A stretch of 64,000 bases of DNA, taken from NCBI GenBank assembly GCA_937920105.1, contig CALETH010000070.1:7483-71482 (forward strand), in the 5' to 3' direction. The DNA comes from an uncultured Bacteroidota bacterium. GTDB lineage: Bacteria > Bacteroidota > Ignavibacteria > UBA10030 > UBA8401. Below, piece after piece: positions 37,220 to 47,044 of the stretch (its first letter is position 1; every line of letters begins with the position of its first letter). Position numbers and translations under genes: made by a program. Under the pieces are notes generated by a model. It was not told the origin of the DNA, did not search any database, and was given only the letters and a program-made list of their open reading frames with translations.

Positions 37220-38355
37220 AAATAGATATTCACCATCAATGTAGTGATTTCCAAAGTTACAGAGCCGCACGAGTAAAAAGTTTATTCAACGCGGAGAAGG
37301 GATGTGATTTTCTTTTTTCGTGTGAACTGAATATAGATGACCCGAATTGGAAACTTGGTGTCATTGTCGGTCCAAGTGGAAGCGGAAAAAGTTCTCTCGG
37401 TAAAAAAATTTTTGGTGAAGAGTTTCTCTACAATATGGAAAATGATTGGAATGTTGATAGTCCGATTATAGACTGTATTGCTCCCACTGGAGATTTTAAC
37501 GAAGTAACCGGAGCGTTAGCAAGTGTAGGTTTAGGAGATGTCCCAGCATGGTTACGTCCGTTTCATGTTCTTTCTAACGGACAAAAATTTCGTGCAGGGC
37601 TTGCACGATTGATAGTTGAAAAACCGGAACAAGTCGTTGTTGATGAATTTACCAGTGTGGTTGATAGACAAATTGCAAAGATAGGAGCGCAAGCATTTGC
37701 CAAAGCATGGAAACGCGGAAAAGGTCAATGTGTGTTGTTATCCTGCCACTATGATATCCTTGATTGGTTAGAACCGGATTGGGTATTTGACACGGCAAGC
37801 GGAAAGTTTGCAAGGGGGAATCTTTGGCGAAGGCCACAATTTGAACTTCAAATTTGGAAGACAAACTCCAGTTACTGGAAATATTTTAAACCGCATTACT
37901 ATTTGAATTTACCAATGCCAATTGCGGCAGAATATTTTGTTGGAACTGTAGAAAATGAACTTGTATGTCATCTTGCTGTTACACCGTTTTTTACAGCGAA
38001 ATCGTACAGAGCAACACGATTAGTAGTAATGCCGGAATGGCAAGGTGCTGGTGTAGGAACAAAATTTTTGGATTGGGTATGTGAGTATCATTTACAAGGA
38101 GACGGAAGATGTGGTAAAAAATTTCCTGTGAGATTTCATACTTCACATCCTCAACTTTGTAATGCACTACGAAAAAATTCAAAGTGGAATCAACTTGGAG
38201 CAGTGCTGTATGGAGGCAACAAAAAAAAATCTATTCAAACTATCGGTAAGTCTTCGCTACGAAGAAGTAAAAAAATAGGAACTGGTTTTGGTGGACATTT
38301 TAGGGCAGTGCAAAGTTTTATGTATATCGGAAACAAAAATAAATTCACACAATGA
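37216..38355 (+). CDS. ABC-type ATPase domain fused to GNAT-fold acyltransferase domain
   Basis: Walker A GPSGSGKS, ABC signature LSNGQKFRAGLARL, Walker B VVVDEF and H-loop LLSCH. A C-terminal GNAT motif A is present (RLVVMPEWQGAGVGTKFL). Confidence 0.6.
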   Translation: MKIDIHHQCSDFQSYRAARVKSLFNAEKGCDFLFSCELNIDDPNWKLGVIVGPSGSGKSSLGKKIFGEEFLYNMENDWNVDSPIIDCIAPTGDFNEVTGALASVGLGDVPAWLRPFHVLSNGQKFRAGLARLIVEKPEQVVVDEFTSVVDRQIAKIGAQAFAKAWKRGKGQCVLLSCHYDILDWLEPDWVFDTASGKFARGNLWRRPQFELQIWKTNSSYWKYFKPHYYLNLPMPIAAEYFVGTVENELVCHLAVTPFFTAKSYRATRLVVMPEWQGAGVGTKFLDWVCEYHLQGDGRCGKKFPVRFHTSHPQLCNALRKNSKWNQLGAVLYGGNKKKSIQTIGKSSLRRSKKIGTGFGGHFRAVQSFMYIGNKNKFTQ

Positions 38356-38852
38356 ACGCTTATATATACAATGCTGATTCAAATCAAGTTATGATAAATG
38401 AGGCAAAACGGCTTCTTAAAAATATGAATATCACACAAGTAGAATCACTGAGTGAAGCAGATATTGCTATTGCACCGTTTCTGACAAAAAAACTTTCAAA
38501 AGAAATTATAAGCGTTCCTCGTTATGGAACGCTCATATTTCATCCTTCATTATTACCTCGACATAGAGGGAAAGATGCTATCAAGTGGGCATTCAAATTA
38601 CAAGAACGTTATACCGGTGTTACATGGTTTTGGGCAAGCGAGAGTTATGATACAGGAGATATTTGTGAACAAGAAGTTGTTGCAATACAAGAAGGTGAAA
38701 CACCATGGAATTTTTATACACGTGCAGTAGTACCGGTTGCAATGAGAACTCTACGTAGAGTATTGTTTGATATACAACATAATATCATAAGAAGAATTCC
38801 ACAGTATGAAGAACACGCAAGTTATGAACCGCCATTTGAAACAAAAAAATAA
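38352..38852 (+). CDS. Minimal formyltransferase-domain protein (Fmt/PurN catalytic core)
   Basis: GTLIFHPSLLPRHRGKDAIKWAF...GVTWFWASESYDTGDI matches the Fmt motif xNxHxSLLPxxRG...DTG. The Asn position is Ile. No C-terminal tRNA-binding domain. Confidence 0.6.
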   Translation: MNAYIYNADSNQVMINEAKRLLKNMNITQVESLSEADIAIAPFLTKKLSKEIISVPRYGTLIFHPSLLPRHRGKDAIKWAFKLQERYTGVTWFWASESYDTGDICEQEVVAIQEGETPWNFYTRAVVPVAMRTLRRVLFDIQHNIIRRIPQYEEHASYEPPFETKK

Positions 38853-38855
38853 ATC

Positions 38856-40154
38856 ATGAAACAATTAACCTCATTACAAGAATTACGTCCATGGGTTTCT
38901 AACCCTCGTGAAATTGGCAAAGAAGAATTTGCCGGTTTAAAAGTTTCTCTTGAAGAGTTTGGAGATTTGAGCGGTATAGTTTTTAACGTAAGAAATCAAT
39001 CGTTAGTGTGCGGACATCAAAGAGTGGTAGCAATTCAAGAACGTTTTGGAAATGCTGTAAGAATAGAAGGTAATGTTATTATTCTACCTACTAACGAAAA
39101 ATTTATTATTCGCTTTGTTGATTGGGACGAGGCAAAGCATTCCGCTGCAAATGTTGCAGCAAATAGTCAACATTTGTCGGGAAACTACACAAAAGAATTA
39201 GTTCCGTTATTAGATACACTTGATAAAAATATTCCCGAGCTGTTTAAGAAACTTAATTTTCCGGAATTAAAAAATGAATTCAAACATTTTTGGGAAGACA
39301 AACAAAAAAATGATGATGCTATTCCGGAACTCACAACTTCGCCAAAAACAAAAGTAGGTGATGTGTATGAGTTAGGGAATCACAAACTTTTATGCGGTGA
39401 TAGTACGGTAAAAGAACATGTTGATACACTTCTTGGAAATGAAAAAATACATCTCTTATTCACATCTCCGCCATACAATATGGACAGCAATCTTTATGCA
39501 CACTATAAAGATAATCGTAACAATAAAGATTTTGTGTTGTTCAATGTTCACGTGTTGATGAATTGGAAACGATACCTTGCAAGCAATGGTTTTGTTTTTT
39601 GGAATATGAGTTACAATGCTCACAGCGGTTCGAGTTTTCTTGAAGCGTATTATCACTTTATCAATCACACAGGACTTGTTTTTCTTGAAGACATTGTTTG
39701 GGATAAAGGCCATGGAATGCCGTTAACAAATCAATTAACCAGACAGTATGAACACATTCTTGTTTTGAATGAAAGTCCCGAAGCAATTCATTTTGTCGAC
39801 CACATCGGAGTTTTTGGAGTTAAAAAAATTCCTTTCATAAAAAAAAGAAATCGTGGTATTACAAACTACTGGAGATTAGATACCTACGGTTCACAAAATG
39901 AACATATCAAAGCAGCATTTCCGGTAGAACTTCCTACAAAAGCAATAGAAATATCAACAGTTGAAGGTGATACTGTAGCAGATTGCTTTGGTGGAAATGG
40001 AACAACGCTTATTGCATCAGAAAAATTAAAGCGACGTTGCGTAATAATGGAGTTAGACCCTTTGTATTGCGATATGATTGTTACTCGTTATTGTAATTTT
40101 GTTGAAAATCCTATAGTGAAACTGAATGGAAAAGAAATTCACTGGAAAAACTAA
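38856..40154 (+). CDS. ParB-like nuclease domain fused to beta-class N6-adenine/N4-cytosine DNA methyltransferase
   Basis: N-terminus LRPWVSNPREI...VCGHQRVVAI is ParB-N. Motif IV FTSPPYN precedes motif I DCFGGNGTT, which is the beta-class order. Confidence 0.75.
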   Translation: MKQLTSLQELRPWVSNPREIGKEEFAGLKVSLEEFGDLSGIVFNVRNQSLVCGHQRVVAIQERFGNAVRIEGNVIILPTNEKFIIRFVDWDEAKHSAANVAANSQHLSGNYTKELVPLLDTLDKNIPELFKKLNFPELKNEFKHFWEDKQKNDDAIPELTTSPKTKVGDVYELGNHKLLCGDSTVKEHVDTLLGNEKIHLLFTSPPYNMDSNLYAHYKDNRNNKDFVLFNVHVLMNWKRYLASNGFVFWNMSYNAHSGSSFLEAYYHFINHTGLVFLEDIVWDKGHGMPLTNQLTRQYEHILVLNESPEAIHFVDHIGVFGVKKIPFIKKRNRGITNYWRLDTYGSQNEHIKAAFPVELPTKAIEISTVEGDTVADCFGGNGTTLIASEKLKRRCVIMELDPLYCDMIVTRYCNFVENPIVKLNGKEIHWKN

Positions 40155-40190
40155 CAGTAGTTTGTATTAAAGAGTTTGTAGAAAGAATAT

Positions 40191-40754
40191 ATGGCAGCAA
40201 CAAAAAGAACAAAAATTGAAATTCAAAAAGAGCGAATGGAAATTGCTCGTTATTACTTGCAAGGAAAATCTCAAATCGAAATCGCTCAAATATTGAGTTC
40301 CGAAACACGAAAAGTAACTCAACAAATGGTGAGTTATGATTTGAAGATTATTCAAGAGGGATGGTTGCAAAGTGCATTACGAGATTTTGACGAGGCACGT
40401 GCTCAAGAACTTGCAAGGATAGATGCGTTAGAACGTGAATATTGGGAAGCATGGGAACGTTCAAAAGTACCACTCAAAGTTACTGAAAGTGAACGTTCCG
40501 ATGGAAATACATCAACAAAAAAAGCAAAGATTAAACAAACCGATTCCATTGGAAATACAAAATATCTTGAAGGTGTGCAATGGTGTGTAGAAAGACGATG
40601 TCAGTTATTAGGATTTGACGCTCCTAAAAAATTAGACCATTCAGGAAAATTAAATCTTAACAACTATAGTTTTGATGTGAGCAAACTTACCGATGAACAA
40701 TTGCAACGAATTATAAAAGGAGAAAATCCTTTGAATGTTATTAGTGCAACCTAA
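40191..40754 (+). CDS. Terminase small subunit (HTH)
   Basis: HTH region YYLQGKSQIEIAQIL. It sits immediately upstream of, and overlapping, TerL. Confidence 0.55.
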   Translation: MAATKRTKIEIQKERMEIARYYLQGKSQIEIAQILSSETRKVTQQMVSYDLKIIQEGWLQSALRDFDEARAQELARIDALEREYWEAWERSKVPLKVTESERSDGNTSTKKAKIKQTDSIGNTKYLEGVQWCVERRCQLLGFDAPKKLDHSGKLNLNNYSFDVSKLTDEQLQRIIKGENPLNVISAT

Positions 40755-42159
40755 TGAGAAAATGGATTTTCGTGTACAAGCAATGGCGGAAATTGAACTT
40801 CGCAAAAGAGTCGGTGGAAGTTTCGAAAACTTTGTCAATCATGTAAAAAAAGGAAAGTACGAATGGTATCGTCATTGCAAAGTTCTTGCAAACACATTAG
40901 AGAAAGTTCTTTCCGGTGAGATAAAACGTTTGATGGTATTTATGCCTCCACGTCATGGAAAAAGTGAATTAGCCAGCAGACTTTTTCCTGCATACACTCT
41001 CTATAAAAGAGAAACAATACAGATAGGTTTAACTTCTTATAGTGGAGACCTTGCTCATAGTTTGAGTCGATACGCACGAGACAATTATGAAATATCAGGA
41101 AAAGTATTACGCAATGATGCAGCCGCTACTCGTGAATGGTACACACTTACTAACGGTGTCATGTGGGCGGCTGGTGTTGGTGGTCCCATTACAGGAAAAG
41201 GTTTTGATATAGGAATTATTGATGACCCGTTGAAAAATGCTGAAGAAGCATATTCGGAAAGAGTAAGAGAAAATTGTAAAGAATGGTATGATTCAACGTT
41301 TTATACAAGAGCCGAACCCGATGCAGCAATCATTATTATTCAAACACGATGGCACGAAGATGATTTATGCGGTTGGTTACTTTCACGAGAAGAAGAAAAA
41401 CCGGAACATTGGCACATTCTCCATTTTGATGCACTAAAATCTTCGGAAGAATTACAATTTCCTAAAACGTGTACAGTGGAATACGATTGGAGAAAACAAG
41501 GAGAGGCACTGTGTCCCGAAAGATTTAATGAAGAAAAACTTCGTGATATACAAAAAAAAATTGGTTCTATTTTTTGGACAGCATTATATCAACAACGGCC
41601 AACAGCAATGTCCGGTGATATATGGAGAAGAGAATGGTTCAAAAATACTTTTGAACTTAGCACACTTCTTAATCAAAATATTTTATTAGACGTAGGATAT
41701 GATTGGGATTTGGCATACACGGAAGATGACAGAAACACAGCGTGTTGTTATGTAAAAAGCGGAAGAGATGTAAAAGGAAATATTTACATCCTTGATATTG
41801 GTTTTGAGTGGTACGAATTTCCCGAACTTATTAAATGGATGATATCACTTCAAGGACCGCATTTTATAGAAGCGAAAGCAAGTGGAAAATCTGCAAAGCA
41901 AACATTAACACGACAAAACATAGCAGCAAGTGAAGTAGAAGTTCAAGGCGGAGATAAAATTAGTAGAGCAAGACTTGCTACTCCAATGGTAGAAAATGGA
42001 AAAGTTTTTATTGCTTCACACATACTGGAAAAACTTCTTGAAGATTCGAAACAAGGATTACTCCACTTTCCTAATGGCAGTCATAATGATTTAAACGATG
42101 CTTTTGTGCAATCTATTAACCGACATACAAAACAATCAACACAATTATTTTTTATTTAA
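40735..42159 (+). CDS. Terminase large subunit
   Basis: ATPase motif LMVFMPPRHGKSE and a C-terminal nuclease-like region with acidic residues. Confidence 0.75.
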   Translation: MLLVQPNEKMDFRVQAMAEIELRKRVGGSFENFVNHVKKGKYEWYRHCKVLANTLEKVLSGEIKRLMVFMPPRHGKSELASRLFPAYTLYKRETIQIGLTSYSGDLAHSLSRYARDNYEISGKVLRNDAAATREWYTLTNGVMWAAGVGGPITGKGFDIGIIDDPLKNAEEAYSERVRENCKEWYDSTFYTRAEPDAAIIIIQTRWHEDDLCGWLLSREEEKPEHWHILHFDALKSSEELQFPKTCTVEYDWRKQGEALCPERFNEEKLRDIQKKIGSIFWTALYQQRPTAMSGDIWRREWFKNTFELSTLLNQNILLDVGYDWDLAYTEDDRNTACCYVKSGRDVKGNIYILDIGFEWYEFPELIKWMISLQGPHFIEAKASGKSAKQTLTRQNIAASEVEVQGGDKISRARLATPMVENGKVFIASHILEKLLEDSKQGLLHFPNGSHNDLNDAFVQSINRHTKQSTQLFFI

Positions 42160-42183
42160 ACATTTTTTATAGGAGAAAAATTT

Positions 42184-42621
42184 ATGGGCAGTATAATGTA
42201 TAACAAAATGAAAGAATTGTTTGTTAAAAAACAATTAGGATGGGATGACCCTTCAGCAGTAGTTAAAGTTTTACTTGTTGGACCAGGATATGTTCCTGAC
42301 CCTGACCATGTTTTTTTATCAGATATAAATCTTGCTACGAATGAAGTATCTGGCAACGGATATACACGTAAAACTCTTTCCGGAAGAGTAGTAAATCTTT
42401 CTTCGATTGATGATTGTATTTACGGAGATGCTAATGATATAACGTGGAATGGTTTGAACTGTGGCACTGTTGCCGGAGCAATTGTGTATTTACAAGTTGG
42501 AGGTGATGATACAACTCCTGGCGATGACATTATTTTATTGTATCAAGATAATGCTGATATATCAACTAATGGAGGTGATATTACACTTCAATGGGCAACG
42601 AACGGATTATTTAAAATATAA
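42184..42621 (+). CDS. Hypothetical protein (insert between terL and portal)
   Basis: ORF with aggaga RBS and a Gly/Asp-rich beta-type sequence. Confidence 0.3.
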   Translation: MGSIMYNKMKELFVKKQLGWDDPSAVVKVLLVGPGYVPDPDHVFLSDINLATNEVSGNGYTRKTLSGRVVNLSSIDDCIYGDANDITWNGLNCGTVAGAIVYLQVGGDDTTPGDDIILLYQDNADISTNGGDITLQWATNGLFKI

Positions 42622-42623
42622 CT

Positions 42624-43856
42624 ATGGATGCAATTAAAAATTTTGCGATTTCAAAACTTGCAACAGGTATCAATGCTACTCAAATAACAGCAACTGTTCT
42701 GAATGGAGAAGGTTCACGTTTTCCAGATACAACAATTGACGGTCCGTTTAATGTTGTTATATGGAATAGTAGTTATGCAAATCCTGCTTTAGCATATCAC
42801 GCTGGCGAGGCTGCAATTTATAGAGTGATTGAGAGAACTAACGACCAGTTCACTTTTAAGTCAACCAACAATAATCGTGATGGTGAAGAAGGAACATTAC
42901 CAATTGCTCATAATACTATAGGAAAAAATTATTCTGTAGGATTAATGTTCACTTCTAAAACAATGCAAGATTTAGTAACAGCAATAAATAGTAAACAAAG
43001 TGTTGTTGGCACGATTAGACTAGTCAATCCATCTTTTACGAGTGCAAGTGATGCAGCAAATAATAGATACCCAACAGTAACTGCTGCGATGAATGCAGCT
43101 GTGGCGGGTGATGAAGTTGAGGTTACACCAGGATATTATGATGAAATTGATTCTATTTCTTTAAAGAATGGTGTAAACCTTTATCTTCATGCTGGAGCCG
43201 GTATAACAAGCACAACAAGCAATGATGGTGTAGTATTTAAGACTGTTGGAACGGTAAACTGTATTATTGCTGGTTATGGTGATATTGGCAAAGATGGGAC
43301 ATATTTTAACATTACAGGGAGTGGAGAAATTTATATTTCTGCAAATACAATTTTCAGTCTCTATATCAACGGGAATGCAATGGTAAGAGTGAATACCAAT
43401 AAAATAGTTGAGGAACTTATCATCAATAATCCAAATGCAAATTTTCAAATACATGCACAAAGAATAAATTATTACACTGATAATAGCAGTAGTAACAACG
43501 TAGTAATTTATGATGCTTCATTTGGTGGAACAGGTATTCAAAATTCAGCAAAACCAAAACTTTACAATTGTAATTTTGATAATGCAGAATTTAATGTGTA
43601 TGGCAATGCAGCACCGGAACTTTATAATTGTTACCTCTACTATGTTGGTGTTTTTAATAATGCAAAGCCAAAATTTTATAACTGTAGTTATTTTTTCAAC
43701 GTAGACATCATGTTAAATCATGCTACTGTGCAACCAACATTTATTGGATACAATCGTGTATATGTTTTGGAATCAGTAACGCCAACTGCTATTGTATATG
43801 CTTCCGGTTCTTTAATAGTAGATAATCCATTTAACATTAACATTGTACCAATATAG
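42624..43856 (+). CDS. Right-handed beta-helix repeat protein (pectate-lyase-fold-like; possible tail spike, fibre or depolymerase)
   Basis: Repeated xYNCxFxNAxFNVYGNAxPxLYNC segments are typical of parallel beta-helix proteins. Confidence 0.45.
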   Translation: MDAIKNFAISKLATGINATQITATVLNGEGSRFPDTTIDGPFNVVIWNSSYANPALAYHAGEAAIYRVIERTNDQFTFKSTNNNRDGEEGTLPIAHNTIGKNYSVGLMFTSKTMQDLVTAINSKQSVVGTIRLVNPSFTSASDAANNRYPTVTAAMNAAVAGDEVEVTPGYYDEIDSISLKNGVNLYLHAGAGITSTTSNDGVVFKTVGTVNCIIAGYGDIGKDGTYFNITGSGEIYISANTIFSLYINGNAMVRVNTNKIVEELIINNPNANFQIHAQRINYYTDNSSSNNVVIYDASFGGTGIQNSAKPKLYNCNFDNAEFNVYGNAAPELYNCYLYYVGVFNNAKPKFYNCSYFFNVDIMLNHATVQPTFIGYNRVYVLESVTPTAIVYASGSLIVDNPFNINIVPI

Positions 43857-43865
43857 AAGTGAAAC

Positions 43866-44702
43866 ATGTACGGCACATCATTATTTGCAGATACTTCGTA
43901 TGGTTTCTTTTTTACGACAACATTTTCTCACACACTATCAGTTGAAAATGTTGCTGTGCAAACGGAAATATTTCCTGTAAATATTTCTGTTTCTTGTCCC
44001 ACAGTACAGATAGTATCATTAGTTTCTTTACCAGCAGTTGCAGTTTCAAATCCAATAGTAACAAGTGAAGAAGTAGTAGCATATCCTGCAAACGTTGTTG
44101 TTTCTTGTCTAACGGTAAGTATAGCATCATCAGTTTCTCTACCAGCAGTTACAATTTCAACTCAAATAGCAACAAGTGATAGTGTGGTATTTCCTGCAAA
44201 TGTTTTAACGTTGCCAATAAATTTTTTACTATCTCTTATAAATGTAAATAGCGAAGTATTTTTACCATCACTTGTTATTTCAGTAATTCCAAAAGAAAAA
44301 GAAACGGCACCATTCATACCGTCACTTATTGTAGAAAGTGAAATAAGTAATACGGTGGTAGATACATTCTTAACATCACTCAAAATATCTACTGAGCTTG
44401 TTAATACTACAATATTATGTTTTGATTCTACAACACTTGCCGGAGCAACAAATATTTATAGTGAAATAGTTAATGTTTTTCCGCAAACGTTTCTACCAAA
44501 TATTCGTTATGGTTATTCAAAAAGTATCATAGCTGTTGCACAAGTATTTGATACTGCAACATCACCGACACTTAATCCTACTATAGTTACTGTAGTCCCT
44601 GAAGTAATGACTCCAAAAATATATCGGTATGGACCAGTTCCCGTTATACAATTAGGTAGAAAATATTATGCAACATTCACAGTGAAAATGAGTAACTCAT
44701 GA
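43866..44702 (+). CDS. Repetitive Ser/Val/Thr-rich hypothetical protein
   Basis: Contains an internal tandem duplication of about 120 bp (VSCPTVQIVSLVSLPAVAVSNPIVTSEEVVAYPANV / VSCLTVSIASSVSLPAVTISTQIATSDSVVFPANV). Confidence 0.35.
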   Translation: MYGTSLFADTSYGFFFTTTFSHTLSVENVAVQTEIFPVNISVSCPTVQIVSLVSLPAVAVSNPIVTSEEVVAYPANVVVSCLTVSIASSVSLPAVTISTQIATSDSVVFPANVLTLPINFLLSLINVNSEVFLPSLVISVIPKEKETAPFIPSLIVESEISNTVVDTFLTSLKISTELVNTTILCFDSTTLAGATNIYSEIVNVFPQTFLPNIRYGYSKSIIAVAQVFDTATSPTLNPTIVTVVPEVMTPKIYRYGPVPVIQLGRKYYATFTVKMSNS

Positions 44703-45025
44703 GTATAGAAGTAATAAAAATAAAAGAAGGAGATACTCTACCAATTCTTGAAGCAATATTGCGTACGGAATCCGGTATTGTCAATCTAACCGGTGTAGTA
44801 AATGTGTATTTGTCATATAAGAAGATAGATAGTGAAAATATTATAAAGAGAGAAGCACAAATTATTGATGCTGTTTCAGGAAAAGTGCAATATGAGTGGT
44901 TAGAAGCAGACACTCTTACAGAAGGTAGATATCTTGCAGAATTTGAAGTGCATTTTCCCGCAGGAAAAAAACTAACATTTCCTAATCAAGGTTATTTCTC
45001 ATTTGAAGTTGTAAAGGATTTATAA
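44699..45025 (+). CDS. Hypothetical protein
   Basis: ORF overlapping the previous stop. Confidence 0.3.
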   Translation: MSIEVIKIKEGDTLPILEAILRTESGIVNLTGVVNVYLSYKKIDSENIIKREAQIIDAVSGKVQYEWLEADTLTEGRYLAEFEVHFPAGKKLTFPNQGYFSFEVVKDL

Positions 45026-45030
45026 CACTC

Positions 45031-46308
45031 ATGAAATTTTTCGATGGATTGTTTAATTCCCTTGCTGATAGAATTTTTGAAAAAGTAGAACAAAGAAAAT
45101 ATTCTAAAACTGAAAATCTTCCTGAAGATATTTTTTATGTTTATCCGGCTTCTACGGGTTTTGGATTGTCAGAAAGCAACATGGGAAATATTGCACGCTA
45201 CTCTTCTGCTTTTCGCGGATTATCATATCGTTGCCTTCATTTACGTTCCGATGCCATTGCCGATGCAATGAGTAAACTTAGTGTTGAGCGAAAAACAAAA
45301 CAGTTAGAATATAAAGAAGTAGAAGCAACGCATCCATGGGTTACTTTATTGCGAAGTCCATCAGATGTAATCTCCAGTGTTGAATTATGGAAATGGATTT
45401 CACTTGCTTGTGATATGAAGGGACATGCAGAACTATTTGTTTATAGAGATGCGTACGGAATACCGATTTCATTATTACCTGTGTATTCAGTTTTTGGTAG
45501 TGTAGTTCCAAAACCGGATATCTATGGTGGAATAGAAAGTTACATTTTTTATAGTGCTTCTGGTGAAAAATATAATGTTCCTGTAGAAAATGTCATACGA
45601 TTTAAACATCTCAATCCGGAAAGCCCTTATGCAACAGCTTCACTTATACAAGCAGCCGCATATCAAATAGATATAGATTTGTACACTAAAATTTATCGTC
45701 GGGATTCTTTACGAAAAGGTGGAGTGAATTCGCTTGCATTGGTGAGCGACCAAGAGCTTTCAGAACCACAAGTTGAACTCTACGGAAAAAAATTTAAAGA
45801 AAAAGTTTTCGGTATGGAAAAAATCGGAGAGGTTCCGGTGATGGGAAAAGGTTTAAAGCCGTATAACTTTGCAATAAGTGCGAAGGACTTAGAATTTATT
45901 CAAGGTGTAAAAGTCAATGATACAGAGGCACTACAAATTTTTGGTGTGCCCGAGGGAATGGTAAGCGATAAATCCAATCGAGCAAATGCACGAGAAGCAA
46001 GATTAGTATTCTATCAAAACACTATACAACCACAAGTATTGATTTATGCACATCAAATGACATCATGTTTTGAAAAAATCTTTCAATCGGATAGAGGTGT
46101 ATTAGAAATACGAGTACCGGATTTATTACCGACGGACCATGATTTTGAATTGCGAAAAAATATAGAGTATGTGAAATCCGGAATTTACACTCGCAACGAA
46201 GTAAGAAGTGAAGATGGAAGAAAAGAAATTCCTAATGGAGATGAAATTATTATTAATACAAATTCAATGTTTCTTTCACAGTTACATAATACCAAGGAGA
46301 AAAAATAA
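45031..46308 (+). CDS. Portal protein (HK97 family)
   Basis: Size about 425 aa and position. Portal-like motifs present. Confidence 0.55.
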   Translation: MKFFDGLFNSLADRIFEKVEQRKYSKTENLPEDIFYVYPASTGFGLSESNMGNIARYSSAFRGLSYRCLHLRSDAIADAMSKLSVERKTKQLEYKEVEATHPWVTLLRSPSDVISSVELWKWISLACDMKGHAELFVYRDAYGIPISLLPVYSVFGSVVPKPDIYGGIESYIFYSASGEKYNVPVENVIRFKHLNPESPYATASLIQAAAYQIDIDLYTKIYRRDSLRKGGVNSLALVSDQELSEPQVELYGKKFKEKVFGMEKIGEVPVMGKGLKPYNFAISAKDLEFIQGVKVNDTEALQIFGVPEGMVSDKSNRANAREARLVFYQNTIQPQVLIYAHQMTSCFEKIFQSDRGVLEIRVPDLLPTDHDFELRKNIEYVKSGIYTRNEVRSEDGRKEIPNGDEIIINTNSMFLSQLHNTKEKK

Positions 46309-47039
46309 TGGAAGATTTTATGACACGATACCCAAAAGGAGAAGTATGTTACAGAAATGTTTCAACAGAAATACGACGTTCAAGTGATGACGCAAAAACT
46401 ACTATTATAATTAATACTGATGATGAAGATTCATACGATACTATCATTGACCCTATTGGTTGCCGACTTCAACGCTATTCATCTAATCCTATTGTATTAA
46501 TTAATCATAACTATAGTCTTATTGCAGGAACCAGTTCAGTAGCTCTCCGTAACGGAAAACTCCAAGCTGAGATGAGTGATGAAGATTGGGATTTAGAAGA
46601 TGCTGAAATAGTAAAATATTATAGAAAAGTAAAACGGCAAATAATGAAAGCCGCCTCTGTTGGTTTCCGATGGTTTGACTATAAAGTAGAGAAACGAAGA
46701 GAAAAAGATATCATACGTTTCACTGACTGGGAATTATTAGAATGGAGTTTTGTTACCGTTGGAGCCAATCCAATGGCATTGGTAGAGAACAACAGAATGT
46801 TTAACGAATTGCAAAAATTACAAAATGAACTTAGTCTATTAAAACAAAGTGCTACGTTTCGTTCCCAAGTTCCCTCTGAAGAACCACCAACTGTCGTTCC
46901 ACAGAATGCGCCTGTGCATGAAACCGTACCACCAACACAATCACCTCAACATCGTAGCATTGGTGATTACAATTCATTACTCACACAACTTACTCCTGTG
47001 ATACGAACAGAAGTAAGAAAAATTTTAGGAAAGGAATAA
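46308..47039 (+). CDS. Prohead protease (HK97 family, U35-like)
   Basis: Position after the portal. NPIVLINHNYSLIAGT resembles the U35 protease core. Confidence 0.5.
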   Translation: MEDFMTRYPKGEVCYRNVSTEIRRSSDDAKTTIIINTDDEDSYDTIIDPIGCRLQRYSSNPIVLINHNYSLIAGTSSVALRNGKLQAEMSDEDWDLEDAEIVKYYRKVKRQIMKAASVGFRWFDYKVEKRREKDIIRFTDWELLEWSFVTVGANPMALVENNRMFNELQKLQNELSLLKQSATFRSQVPSEEPPTVVPQNAPVHETVPPTQSPQHRSIGDYNSLLTQLTPVIRTEVRKILGKE

Positions 47040-47044
47040 TTTTT

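Noticed and set aside
37216-38355. Walker-A ATPase considered as a terminase large subunit or DNA-packaging ATPase
   Set aside because: It has a full ABC-ATPase motif set (LSNGQ signature, H-loop) and a GNAT C-domain, and lacks a nuclease domain. A bona fide TerL with PRHGKSE sits at 40735-42159.
43978-44215. Approximately 120-bp tandem direct repeat that could be taken for a DGR template/variable-repeat pair
   Set aside because: No reverse transcriptase (no YxDD-type motif) or Avd-like gene lies anywhere in the window. Both copies lie inside one ORF and differ at many non-adenine positions, so it is an ordinary intragenic duplication.
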